DNA from: a bacterium
Lineage (GTDB): Bacteria > Patescibacteriota > Saccharimonadia > CAILAD01 > GCA-016700035
Length of the DNA: 64,000 nt
NCBI GenBank assembly: GCA_020854115.1
Contig: JADZGC010000004.1
Span: forward strand, 65,665 to 129,664
Reading direction: 5' to 3'
In this document: positions 19,095 through 29,445 of the stretch, piece by piece
How the letters are laid out: every line of letters begins with the position of its first letter
Numbering within the stretch: the stretch's first letter is position 1
Notes under the pieces: generated by a model
What the model saw: the letters and a program-made list of their open reading frames with translations, nothing else
Databases searched by the model: none
Told to the model about the DNA's origin: nothing
Position numbers and translations under genes: made by a program

Positions 19095-19685
19095 ATGATC
19101 CACCGCACACTTCACTCCCTGAAAAAACTACCCACTCGAGTCCGTTCTCGGATGGGCGGGCATTTTATTAACCCTCGTGCGATTCTTGATGACCTGAAAA
19201 TTGAAGAGGGAGATGCTGTGCTAGAGCTAGGAAATCCCATAGGGTTCTTTGCGCCGGCAGCCGTAAGCTTACTAGGAACTCCTGGGCGCATGATCGTAGC
19301 TGGCCCGAATCAAGATTCCTTTGATCGCATCAAGAATCTCATAGAAGGCCGCCGAGTTGAGCCTGTACTCTTGGCCGATGTCTTACTCGGTAAAGCCCTC
19401 GAACGCCATGTGCTCGATACAGTACTGCTCACAAATCTACTTTCGTCATCAGTGCACCCGAATCAGTTCTGCTTGTCGCTTAATAGTTATCTCAAGCCCA
19501 AAAGCCGCATCGTTCTGATTGACTGGGAAGTCAATACTGGAGTTGGCCCCGAGCACGAGCGTAAAGTAAGTCGGGAGGATGCCATCCGCATGCTTTCAGG
19601 CTGTGGATGGAAATTTGAGTCAAGTTTGCGCACCCCAGGCTATCATTATGGACTTGTCTTCAGGAACAATCCTCCGGTAAGATAG
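19095..19685 (+). CDS. Class I SAM-dependent methyltransferase-like protein (divergent)
   Basis: IEEGDAVLELG..IGFF, LKPKSRIVLIDW, GP..ERKVS, YHYGLVF. Confidence 0.7.
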   Translation: MIHRTLHSLKKLPTRVRSRMGGHFINPRAILDDLKIEEGDAVLELGNPIGFFAPAAVSLLGTPGRMIVAGPNQDSFDRIKNLIEGRRVEPVLLADVLLGKALERHVLDTVLLTNLLSSSVHPNQFCLSLNSYLKPKSRIVLIDWEVNTGVGPEHERKVSREDAIRMLSGCGWKFESSLRTPGYHYGLVFRNNPPVR

Positions 19686-19710
19686 TAGCAATATAACGAG
19701 GAGGTGAGGG

Positions 19711-20568
19711 GTGCAGATTTCCGAGTATTTATGGGTGCCATTAGCTACCTGGGCAATTGCTCAGAGTGTGAAGTTTTTTATTGCAGTTTTTAGGGGGCAA
19801 TATACTCCGTCGCTACTCTTCTCGTCGGGAGGTATGCCAAGCGTGCATTCGGCTACTGTGTCATCGCTCGCAACGGTAGCTTTGATCATCGGAGGCCCAG
19901 AGAACCCGCTCTTTGGGATTACCGGAGTAGTGGCGGCAATCGTGATGTACGATAGTCTCGGAGTGCGACGCTCGGCTGGTGAGCAGGCACGGATGCTCAA
20001 CCACCTGATCGATGATTTGATGCAATCTGGTGCCATCAAGACCCACAAGAAGTACGGACACTTGCGCGAGATATTAGGTCATCGGCCGCTCGAAGTTGTG
20101 ATCGGAGCAACGCTGGGTGTCTTGCTGGCTGCAGCCTTCAATGCATCGACTGTATTAGATCGTCTGCCGTGGCTCGTGGTACGCCCTAATGCTACTGCAA
20201 TGTTGATTGAACTGATTCTCGCGCTATTTCTGATGGCTGTAGGTATTCTAACCTGGGTATTGGCACGGCGCCCACAAGGTCGCTTAGCAAGCTATCGTCC
20301 ATTTGCAAGTCATATGGCTATTTCAAGTCTGGTGACAGCGCTGGTGCTTGGATTTTGTCTCCTAGTGCAGCGACAACAGATTGAGGGATGGCAGACATGG
20401 TTCGTGCTGCTAGTGGCTTTGATGGGCTTTGTATTTTGGCATCTAGGCCTGTGGTACCGTCTGCTCGTCGACGGCGCGTTACGTACGCCTGTCGAAACGA
20501 AGACATCTGCCCGTCGCGAGAAGTGGTTGAGCGCAGCCGGTAAGCGCCGCCAAAAAGCGTCTAAGTAA
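19711..20568 (+). CDS. Divergent PAP2 (DUF212) family protein with extra C-terminal TM helices
   Basis: AQSVK, SSGGMPSVHSA, VMYDSLGVRRSAGEQA, LREILGH.P.EV. Confidence 0.88.
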   Translation: MQISEYLWVPLATWAIAQSVKFFIAVFRGQYTPSLLFSSGGMPSVHSATVSSLATVALIIGGPENPLFGITGVVAAIVMYDSLGVRRSAGEQARMLNHLIDDLMQSGAIKTHKKYGHLREILGHRPLEVVIGATLGVLLAAAFNASTVLDRLPWLVVRPNATAMLIELILALFLMAVGILTWVLARRPQGRLASYRPFASHMAISSLVTALVLGFCLLVQRQQIEGWQTWFVLLVALMGFVFWHLGLWYRLLVDGALRTPVETKTSARREKWLSAAGKRRQKASK

Positions 20569-20587
20569 TTTCTGCTCTTAAAGAGGG

Positions 20588-20617
20588 TTGACTTACCTTT
20601 AGGAGATCAGGTAAAAT
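20588..20617 (+). promoter_or_regulatory. 16S rRNA promoter
   Basis: TTGACT-18-TAAAAT upstream of a structured leader. Confidence 0.65.
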
Positions 20618-20926
20618 CCTCTCTAGTAGCTTTTATTGTAGAAGCAACAAAAATACATCGGTTCCGCTCCGGCGAAAAATCCAAAAAAGAATCGCCACTC
20701 AGGAGCCATATTTTTTGACACATCTTGTGGTGTGTATGTAGATCCGATTGGATTGAATTTTACGAACAGCTACGATCTTTGACAAGTGAAACGTGTCAGT
20801 TCAACTTAAAAAAGTTTTAAAGTTGTTTTGTATTCGTCTAGATGACAGGATTACATGCATTTCGAGTCTTCACTGTTGGCTCGAAAGCATTCCAAGATAA
20901 CAGTGAAATGATTCTTTGAATCATTT

Positions 20927-22454
<1,528 letters not shown>

Positions 22455-22664
22455 CTAGGGAGAAAGCTGACAGGTAACTGTTTTGGCGCCTTGAGTGCCA
22501 ACAGACCGTGATTGGTTCGAGCTAAAGAGCTTGCTCTTTGTGCTCACCACACATCATGACTCTGGCTATCCTAGGTCGATCGTTCACTTTTTATGAACGA
22601 TTCCTGTCATCTTGGATACAACACTTTAGCTTTTCTATCGAGCTGACACGTTTCACTGGTCAAT

Positions 22665-22696
22665 AAAAAACACCGCCTAATTCTGGCGGTGTTTTG
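22665..22696. terminator. Bidirectional intrinsic terminator after the stand-alone 16S gene
   Basis: aaaaaacaccgcc-taattct-ggcggtgttttg. Confidence 0.8.
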
Positions 22697-22718
22697 AGTG
22701 TTTTTGATTTTTATGTGA

Positions 22719-22976
22719 TTATGTTTTGACTTGGAACATGCTGCGGATCGCATCACCCACAGGCGTGAGAATCCAGTCCCACATACCGATCATCGTGCCG
22801 ATGCCGAGTATCACGAGGCTAGCGCCTACTAGCTTAATGAACGCCGGCGTACCAGCGGTGATATGTCGCTCGACTGATGCGATAGCTCCGGTGAAGTTAT
22901 AGACTTGCTCATGAAACTTTAGGACTAAGAATCCAATCACGATCATGCTGAGGCCAATAAAAATTTGTGTAAACAT
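22719..22976 (-). CDS. Small 2-TM membrane protein
   Basis: Two hydrophobic helices. TACAAT lies 7 nt before the ATG. Confidence 0.75.
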   Translation of the reverse strand: MFTQIFIGLSMIVIGFLVLKFHEQVYNFTGAIASVERHITAGTPAFIKLVGASLVILGIGTMIGMWDWILTPVGDAIRSMFQVKT

Positions 22977-23162
22977 ATGTGCTATTGTACGGGTATTTGA
23001 GGTGTTAGTAAAAAATGGTGCCTCTTTACGCTGAGGCTCGAACCTATTTTATCTCAAAAATGTAAGTTTGTGCTAAATTGCTGCTCCGTGCGCAAATGGA
23101 AGTCCGTAGAGCCAAATGCTACCAGCCCCGCCGCCTGCGCCAGCAGAGCTGTCGCGCGCCCA

Positions 23163-23250
23163 GCCCAGCCAGACTAACTTTTTGCATTTTTTTAGATTTC
23201 CCCCGCCAAAAAATTCTTTTTAATTTAGGAAAAAGTTAGTCTGGCTGGGC
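23163..23250. repeat. Perfect 21-bp inverted repeat; related third copy at 25411-25436
   Basis: gcccagccagactaacttttt 23163-23183 and its reverse complement at 23230-23250. Confidence 0.9.
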
Positions 23251-23452
23251 CGTTCGCCTGCCATAAATGGCAAGAGACGGCGGGGTTTCGTCCCTGCTGA
23301 CTTCTAATTTTACTTAAACCGAAAGTCCGTGTCGCGAACAAAAAATAAGGCCAGCGGCTACGCCGCTGACATATGCAGTTGTAGGCAATGGCTACATGCA
23401 TAAACTAGGAAAATAGCGCCGACTATAGCACTATATCTCAAAGCGAAAAACA

Positions 23453-24526
23453 CGTATAGAACTCAGGACCTTTGCAACATTTCAGCAGGCGTCAGTAACT
23501 GCAAGCCTAAGTGTACGCGCTTAGTGTTGTAGTAGTCGAGATACGTCGTAAGCTTATCTCGCTGGCACTTAAGCGACACACTCCTGTTCCAGTAGTAGCC
23601 AATACATTCGGTTTGGATGGTGCGGTTAAATCGCTTAATGTGAGCGTTGTCATTCGGTCGGTGCAGCCGACTGTGTCTAGTAGCAATGCCATGAGACCGC
23701 ATTACTTGCTCAAAATAGCGTCCGTACTCCGGCCCATTGTCAGCTTGTATCATAGTCACTCTAAAGCCCCAACTGTCTTGAGCTTCCAGTACAGCTTGAG
23801 CCGCTCGTCCCGGACTCAGCTTTGCCGCCAGGGTAACGTAAGCCATTCGGCTGAATAAGTCTATGACTGTGTAGTAGTACAGTCTCCTACCGCTACGGGG
23901 GTCAACATGGTGGATGGTATCCGTCTCAACTAATTCACCTGGTCTCACGGCATATGGACGATGAGGGTTATCTCGTTTGAGTCGTGGCTTCCTGGCACCA
24001 TCAAAGCAGTGATGACGCCGCAGAATACGACGCACACTGCTGAGGCTAAGTCTTACTCCAAGAGTGTTTGTTACGTAATACCAGACAATCTCAGCACAAC
24101 GCATTAACTTAGCCCGGGCAGCTAGAACGAGCCTGACTGTCGCCCCGGGAATAGCATTAGGACAAGTATGCGGCCTAGAGCTTAGTGTAGCGATTCGCCA
24201 GCTACAAGCAGTTAGCTTGTGAGCTAGGCTAACCGATCGGCTAGGCCGGTTAGGGTTGTCAAATTGGACATATCGGTTAAGCTTGTCCCATTTGCGTTTC
24301 CAGCGCCAGATGGTTGAGCGATGAACACCACACTTTCTTGCGACAACAGCCAGAGGTTGTTGGTCTTCGACCAGTAACCGCATAGCGGTTGCTCTGGCAC
24401 TAGGTAAGTTAGGGTTGATAGAATAAGCCATGGTAGGCTCCTTTCTTATTAGTTGTTGATACTAACAGTTTAGGACGCCTACCTTTTTTAGTTCAATTTA
24501 GGTTGCAAAGGTCTTGAGTTACTACG
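23453..24526 (-). mobile_element. IS481-family insertion sequence with 6-bp target site duplication
   Basis: Terminal IRs cgta..aactcaggacctttgcaac and gttgcaaaggtcttgagtt..tacg. AAAACA duplicated at 23447-23452 and 24527-24532. Confidence 0.9.
23463..24431 (-). CDS. IS481 DDE transposase; third catalytic residue appears as K (NAHIKRF)
   Basis: HTH VARKCGVHRSTIWRW, RPGELVETDT, VIDLFSR, IQADNGPEY, NDNAHIKRFNRT, YYNTKRVHLGL. Confidence 0.9.
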   Translation of the reverse strand: MAYSINPNLPSARATAMRLLVEDQQPLAVVARKCGVHRSTIWRWKRKWDKLNRYVQFDNPNRPSRSVSLAHKLTACSWRIATLSSRPHTCPNAIPGATVRLVLAARAKLMRCAEIVWYYVTNTLGVRLSLSSVRRILRRHHCFDGARKPRLKRDNPHRPYAVRPGELVETDTIHHVDPRSGRRLYYYTVIDLFSRMAYVTLAAKLSPGRAAQAVLEAQDSWGFRVTMIQADNGPEYGRYFEQVMRSHGIATRHSRLHRPNDNAHIKRFNRTIQTECIGYYWNRSVSLKCQRDKLTTYLDYYNTKRVHLGLQLLTPAEMLQRS

Positions 24527-24532
24527 AAAACA

Positions 24533-24562
24533 TTGACAAATACTATATGTTTATTATAAAAT
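24533..24562 (+). promoter_or_regulatory. Sigma70 promoter of the GC-rich gene
   Basis: TTGACA-18-TAAAAT, with AAGGAG RBS at 24600-24605. Confidence 0.65.
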
Positions 24563-24615
24563 ATACCGAGTGTTTCTCAATCCCGAGAGACTCGTACCTA
24601 AGGAGTGTGAGGCAG

Positions 24616-25236
24616 ATGCCCACAGGCTACACGTCCGACCTCTACGAGGGCAAGGATGTCGAGTTCTCTGATTTCGTCATGAAGTGCGCGAGGGCGTTCG
24701 GTGCTCTCGTTGAGCTCCGTGACGAGCCGCTCGACTCGCCTGTCCCGACGGAGTTCAAGCCGAGCAGCTACCACACGGAGCAGCTCGAGAAGGCCGAGGC
24801 GGACGTCGCTCGCATCAAAGCGTGGGACGACACCGAAGCTGACCGCCAGGCACAGCTCGCTTTCGAGCGCGCAACACATGAGTACCAAGAGTCGCAAGCT
24901 CGCGAGCTCGCGATGCGTGAGCGCTACGAGACAATGCTCGCCAAGGTTCAGGCTTGGACGCCGCCCACCCAGGAGCATCGCGAACTCAAGAACTTCATGG
25001 TCAAGCAACTAGAGAAGTCCATCGACTTCGACTGCAACACGACCTACCCGGAAGTTCCGGAGCGCCTCAGCGGTGCCGCCTACAAGGAGCAGCAACTCCA
25101 TTCGGCCCGTTGGCAGGTCTCGTACCACACCGAGCACGGTGAGGAAGAGATCAAGCGAGCCAAGGAGCGTACCGATTGGGTTCGGGCCTTGCGCCAGAGC
25201 CTCACGGAGTCCTCTGACACAACTGTCGAGGCCTGA
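24616..25236 (+). CDS. Phage-type conserved hypothetical protein (MPTGYT...CARAFGA), foreign codon usage
   Basis: RBS-supported ATG 24616. 26 of the first 34 codons after the start end in G/C. N-terminal motif recalled from phage hypotheticals. Confidence 0.8.
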   Translation: MPTGYTSDLYEGKDVEFSDFVMKCARAFGALVELRDEPLDSPVPTEFKPSSYHTEQLEKAEADVARIKAWDDTEADRQAQLAFERATHEYQESQARELAMRERYETMLAKVQAWTPPTQEHRELKNFMVKQLEKSIDFDCNTTYPEVPERLSGAAYKEQQLHSARWQVSYHTEHGEEEIKRAKERTDWVRALRQSLTESSDTTVEA

Positions 25237-25332
25237 GAGCACGAAACCCTGCACATGCAGGTCGGTAGGCAGAAAGTCTAGTAAGAGATCGTGGCAAAAC
25301 CACAATCACTGAACAACTTTCTACCTACCGTA

Positions 25333-25393
25333 TAACCCGTCCATGAAGCGTAAAACAGCCATGCTGATGAGCCGTAAAGCGGCGAAACGGTTA
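25333..25393 (+). ncRNA. Type III hammerhead ribozyme
   Basis: GUC 25339-25341, stem I CAUG/CAUG, core CUGAUGA 25364-25370, stem II GCCG-uaaag-CGGC, GAAA 25384-25387, stem III uaa(c)ccgu/acgguua. Confidence 0.85.
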
Positions 25394-25410
25394 GAAAAGT
25401 AGAATTAAAA

Positions 25411-25436
25411 CCAGCCAGACTAACTTTTTCCTAAAT
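25411..25436. repeat. 26-bp exact inverted copy of 23223-23248
   Basis: ccagccagactaactttttcctaaat, 15 nt beyond the 3' end of tRNA-Ile. Confidence 0.9.
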
Positions 25437-25451
25437 CAAAAAGTTTCTTTA

Positions 25452-25528
25452 TGGTGGGCTTGGCAGGACTCGAACCTGCGACCTCGTCATTATCAGTGAC
25501 GCGCTCTAACCAGCTGAGCTACAAGCCC
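25452..25528 (-). tRNA. tRNA-Ile(GAT)
   Basis: GGGCTTGTAGCTCAG...CGTCA-CTGATAA-TGACG...GGTTCGAGTCC...CACCA. Confidence 0.98.
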
Positions 25529-25561
25529 ACAATATATGGAAGGTTTAATCGATAGATATCA

Positions 25562-25638
25562 TGGTGGAGCATATCGGATTCGAACCGATGACCCCCTGCT
25601 TGCAAAGCAGGTGCTCTAGCCAGCTGAGCTAATGCCCC
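25562..25638 (-). tRNA. tRNA-Ala(TGC)
   Basis: GGGGCATTAGCTCAG...CCTGC-TTTGCAA-GCAGG...GGTTCGAATCC...CACCA. G3:U70 pair present. Confidence 0.98.
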
Positions 25639-25700
25639 ACGATTTGTTCCTAGCAAAATACATCAAATTGATATGAATATCGTATCTGAAGAACTGGCAT

Positions 25701-25729
25701 ATTGTACCTGTTTTTTATGATTTGAGCAA
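25701..25729 (-). promoter_or_regulatory. Promoter for the tRNA-Ala/tRNA-Ile pair
   Basis: Minus strand TTGCTC-17-TACAAT. Confidence 0.65.
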
Positions 25730-25778
25730 GGTCAATGCTCGGTTGTAAAAAGTCCTCCCCCACCGTAGCATAAATACT

Positions 25779-26450
25779 ATGCAAGTGTTACTCGTAGTTG
25801 TACTGACGGCAGCCGTGTTTGGCGGCATGGCATTTTACTTACTCAGTCGCGATAATGGTCAGGAGCCTATATGGGCGCTAGCTACAGTATTTCTTATAGG
25901 GCTCGCAGCAGCTCAACTCGCAGGTGTTATTAATGACAAGCTCATCCCGTACCCAGTTGATACGTCTATCGGCTTCGTTGGCGCTTTGGTGGTGGGGATT
26001 ATCCCTGGAATCTACGAGGAGATACTGAAGAGCCTGCCTGTAGCTTTCTTTGTTGGTAACCAGTCGTTTTTTCGGCAGCCAAGTGATGGGGTGATATATT
26101 TCGCGTTTTCTGGCCTGGCATTTGGCTTATTAGAGAACATTCAATATACTGTCCAGTTTGGGGCAATGGTTGGCTTTGACCGACTCCTGACATTATTATT
26201 CTTTCATGCTGCGACAAATGGCATATTTGGCTGGTATTTCTTCCGTGCTCGTCGGCGAGGTGACTGGAAGATTGCAGTACGTGCGGCGATCTTTTTGATG
26301 CTAGCCCATGCCGTATACAACTTCTCGGTCGCATATGCTGGGGCCATCCCATTGCTTCGTATGGTCGCCTACGTGATCTCAGTTGTTCTGAGTGTGTTGC
26401 TGATTCGAGTCTATGTATTGGCGCGCAAGGACGATAGACAAGCACGGTGA
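25779..26450 (+). CDS. PrsW-family glutamic intramembrane protease
   Basis: EP.W, PGIYEEILK, GLAFGLLENI, two conserved His (FHA, AHAVYN). Confidence 0.9.
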   Translation: MQVLLVVVLTAAVFGGMAFYLLSRDNGQEPIWALATVFLIGLAAAQLAGVINDKLIPYPVDTSIGFVGALVVGIIPGIYEEILKSLPVAFFVGNQSFFRQPSDGVIYFAFSGLAFGLLENIQYTVQFGAMVGFDRLLTLLFFHAATNGIFGWYFFRARRRGDWKIAVRAAIFLMLAHAVYNFSVAYAGAIPLLRMVAYVISVVLSVLLIRVYVLARKDDRQAR

Positions 26451-26495
26451 AGTCAGTCACAATATAAGATAAGCATAACTAATTTTTGGAGAATA

Positions 26496-27374
26496 ATGGA
26501 TCCGCGTATAGCATCGGGGGATGTAATGCAGCCAGGTGGCGGGACTCCCGCCGTACAATTGAATCCAAATCCGAGTATCGGAGTGGGGGAGATTGTTCGT
26601 CCAAACCCTGAGCAGTCAGTTGCTGCCGTACAGGCGCCGGTATATCCTCAAGCGCAGGCTATGGTGGTGCCTCCTATTGCCCCCAGCCCTATGCCACCCT
26701 TACCACAAGCGGCAGCACCCCAGCCTGTGCAAAACGGAGTACCGCAAGCACCAATAATGACTGCTCCATCGCCACCTCCCCAGATGATAGTACCTCCACC
26801 GGTAGCAATGCAGGCAGCTAACCAGCCGGTACCCGCCCAGCCAATGCCGCAGCCAATAGCTCCGCAGAGCCAGCCTGCTCCCGCACAGTTTGCGCCCGCC
26901 CCGCAGCAACCAGCACCGACGGCGCTTGTGCAAGGCGCTCCAATGATGGATGCGCTTGCACCGCGCCCCGCAGCTCCCTCGGTAGCTCCGGTGGCTACTC
27001 AGCCCCCCTCGGCGCAAGCTCCAGTACCAGCTCCGGTATCCACTAGTACAGTGAAATCAAACAAGCGATCAAGCCTAGCGCTTGCCGCTCTACTTGTCGG
27101 GGCAATGTCGGTTTTGTTAGAAATCTTTATTAGTAATCAGCTGAATTACATTATCGCTGTTGCTCCTGTAAGCCTTGCTGCCATAGGGTTGGGAGTACCG
27201 GCTCTCGGGAGCCCAAGACGTGGGCTTGCAATAGCTGGCGTAGTACTCGGCTCGCTGTCATTGGTCTCGGTAATTATCCTGTTTAGTGTTAATGCGGCAA
27301 CGCAGAGTCGCTGTAGCATTAACCCGACAAGCGACCCGCAGTGCCAGGCGGTACAACCAACAGTAGGAGGATAA
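26496..27374 (+). CDS. Pro/Ala/Gln-rich protein with C-terminal DUF4190-like TM segments
   Basis: ~190 aa low-complexity region, then SLALAALLVG...RRGLAIAGVVLG and a C-x7-C tail. Confidence 0.75.
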   Translation: MDPRIASGDVMQPGGGTPAVQLNPNPSIGVGEIVRPNPEQSVAAVQAPVYPQAQAMVVPPIAPSPMPPLPQAAAPQPVQNGVPQAPIMTAPSPPPQMIVPPPVAMQAANQPVPAQPMPQPIAPQSQPAPAQFAPAPQQPAPTALVQGAPMMDALAPRPAAPSVAPVATQPPSAQAPVPAPVSTSTVKSNKRSSLALAALLVGAMSVLLEIFISNQLNYIIAVAPVSLAAIGLGVPALGSPRRGLAIAGVVLGSLSLVSVIILFSVNAATQSRCSINPTSDPQCQAVQPTVGG

Positions 27375-27378
27375 TAAG

Positions 27379-28695
27379 ATGTCAGTACAAACTATAGATA
27401 TGCGTCGCAGCCCAATCGGTGCCGCAATTATATGGGGTTCAGTAGGGATGGTGTTGTTACTCTGGGCTTTGGTAGTACCTTTGCAGGGTCGCGTGGCGAA
27501 TAGCGCTGTTATCTGGAAGAGCCTCGCAAATATCGGAGCATTTGCCGGCACAATCTTATACAGCTGGTCGGTAATCCTTTCGGCTCGGTGGCGTTGGGTA
27601 GAGAAGTTATTTGGGGGGCTTGATAAGGTCTATCATTGGCATCACATTACGGGTGGCCTGTCGTTCTTGCTTTTGGCCCTTCATCCTTTTTTCTTGACCA
27701 TCCGACTAGCGGGTATTCGTCCGGATAAGCTTAGCTCGCTCTGGGTGCTCGGATCGAATTGGCAGCTCAATTTTGGCATAATCGCACTTTATGCAATGCT
27801 ATTGATTCTGCCGGCCACTGTGTTCTTGCGTCTGCGCTATCAGGTCTTTCTCTGGATTCATCGTATTCTGGGCCTGGTCTTCTTTTCAGGCTTCATCCAT
27901 GCTTTCTTGGCAAGCCAAGGCAACTTGGCGAAGTCGCAGCTGCTGTGGTGGTACGTGATGGTCTTTTGTCTGCTGGCGGTCTACGCCTTTTTCTATCATT
28001 CGATACTAGGGCGATTCGTGCCAGGACGGTTTCGTTACGCAGTCGCACAAGTGCGCAAGCATGGTGACTCGACAGTCGATATTATCCTTGAGCCAAAAGG
28101 GCGCTTGATGAACTTCATGGCTGGCCAATTTGCGTTTGTGAGTTTTGTCGGACATCCGATCAGCGATGAGGCGCACCCGTACTCCATGGCATCGTCGTCC
28201 CAACAGAGGCAGCTACGGTTTATCGTCAAGGTGCTCGGTGACTTCACGGCTTCCTTGTTGGCACTGAAGCCAGGGACGACGGCATACATAGAGGGCCCGC
28301 ATGGCGGCTTCACTTTTCGGCATGTGCGTGGCTCGAAGCAAGTATGGATTGCCGGCGGGATCGGCGTCACGCCATTTCTCGCTATGGCGCAAGCACTGCC
28401 GTCGAAAAGGTATTCGGTTGATTTTTATTACTGCACACCCTCCAGTGCGGAGGCGTATTTCATGCCTGAGTTTCAAGCTATAGCCAAGCGCAATCCAAAC
28501 TTCCGTCTACATCTATTCTGTCAGGATAAGGAGGGATTTTTGACCGCCGATATTCTGTCGAAGCAACATGACTGTCAGCGGACTGACTTCTTGATTTGTG
28601 GTCCGCCGCCGATGATGCGAGCGATACATGATGGCTTGCGCAAGCAGGGCGTGGGCGAGAAGCATATTCTCTATGAGGACTTTGGTTTCCGCTAA
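27379..28695 (+). CDS. Ferric reductase-like transmembrane domain plus FAD/NAD(P)-binding oxidoreductase
   Basis: FGGLDKVYHWHH, paired TM His, HPYS, VKVLGDFT, EGPHG, AGGIGVTPF, CGPPPM, terminal EDF. Confidence 0.92.
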   Translation: MSVQTIDMRRSPIGAAIIWGSVGMVLLLWALVVPLQGRVANSAVIWKSLANIGAFAGTILYSWSVILSARWRWVEKLFGGLDKVYHWHHITGGLSFLLLALHPFFLTIRLAGIRPDKLSSLWVLGSNWQLNFGIIALYAMLLILPATVFLRLRYQVFLWIHRILGLVFFSGFIHAFLASQGNLAKSQLLWWYVMVFCLLAVYAFFYHSILGRFVPGRFRYAVAQVRKHGDSTVDIILEPKGRLMNFMAGQFAFVSFVGHPISDEAHPYSMASSSQQRQLRFIVKVLGDFTASLLALKPGTTAYIEGPHGGFTFRHVRGSKQVWIAGGIGVTPFLAMAQALPSKRYSVDFYYCTPSSAEAYFMPEFQAIAKRNPNFRLHLFCQDKEGFLTADILSKQHDCQRTDFLICGPPPMMRAIHDGLRKQGVGEKHILYEDFGFR

Positions 28696-28733
28696 TCCTT
28701 GGGGTCGAGCGGGCAATCTGTCATAATGATGGT

Positions 28734-29432
28734 ATGGGCCAAATCAGTGATTTCCTATATGCGTATCAAGCCCAGTCTGATGCTGAGCGGGCGATTATTA
28801 TCTTGCCCGAGATCTTTGGCGTCAAAGACTTCACGCGTGAGCTGGCAGGCAAGGTACAGATAGAGCTCGGCTGGAATGGGTATGTGCTTGACCATTTCTA
28901 TGCTGTAACCGGTGAGGTGCAGACTTTTGCGTATGACGACATGTCGGGGATGGAGATCATGGAGCGTATGACTGGAGAACTATTTTTGCCATTATTGGCG
29001 CAGGCAGTTGGCATGATACAAGAAGCGCAGCCCAAACTAAAGCATCTTGCGGTCTGGGGATTTTGCTTTGGGGGCAAGCTCGCGTATCTCTCGGGAGTTA
29101 ACCCCCATGTGACCGATATTGTTTCCTGCTATGGTGGCGCCAGTGTGCAACCGGGATTTTATGCAGGCGATTCGGTGGTCCAGGCATTAGCTCGAGCACG
29201 CTATGCGGATAAGAGTCTCAAGATCTTGGGTGTATATGGTGAGCATGATCCAATGATTCCTGCAGCTGATCGAGAAAAAATATCTACATTACTTACTGAA
29301 TCTAAGATCTCACACCAGATCAAGGTGTATGACGCTGGCCACGCATTCTTCAATGAGGATCGAGCAGATCGATATGTCGAAGCTGCGGCTAAAGCTGCGT
29401 GGAATGATGTGTCAAACTGGCTTAAGCGGTAG
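28734..29432 (+). CDS. Dienelactone hydrolase family protein
   Basis: EIFGV, GFCFGG nucleophile elbow, GEHDP, AGHAF. Confidence 0.92.
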   Translation: MGQISDFLYAYQAQSDAERAIIILPEIFGVKDFTRELAGKVQIELGWNGYVLDHFYAVTGEVQTFAYDDMSGMEIMERMTGELFLPLLAQAVGMIQEAQPKLKHLAVWGFCFGGKLAYLSGVNPHVTDIVSCYGGASVQPGFYAGDSVVQALARARYADKSLKILGVYGEHDPMIPAADREKISTLLTESKISHQIKVYDAGHAFFNEDRADRYVEAAAKAAWNDVSNWLKR

Positions 29433-29445
29433 TACCGGCAGTTAA

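Noticed and set aside
23015-23045. Minus-strand tRNA (GGTTCGAG...GGCACCA)
   Set aside because: T-loop to CCA spacing is about 4 nt too long and there are no D or anticodon arms. Kept only as a possible att remnant.
24514-24615. Upstream TTG start of the GC-rich gene
   Set aside because: It begins inside the IS481 end and crosses the promoter. The RBS supports ATG 24616.
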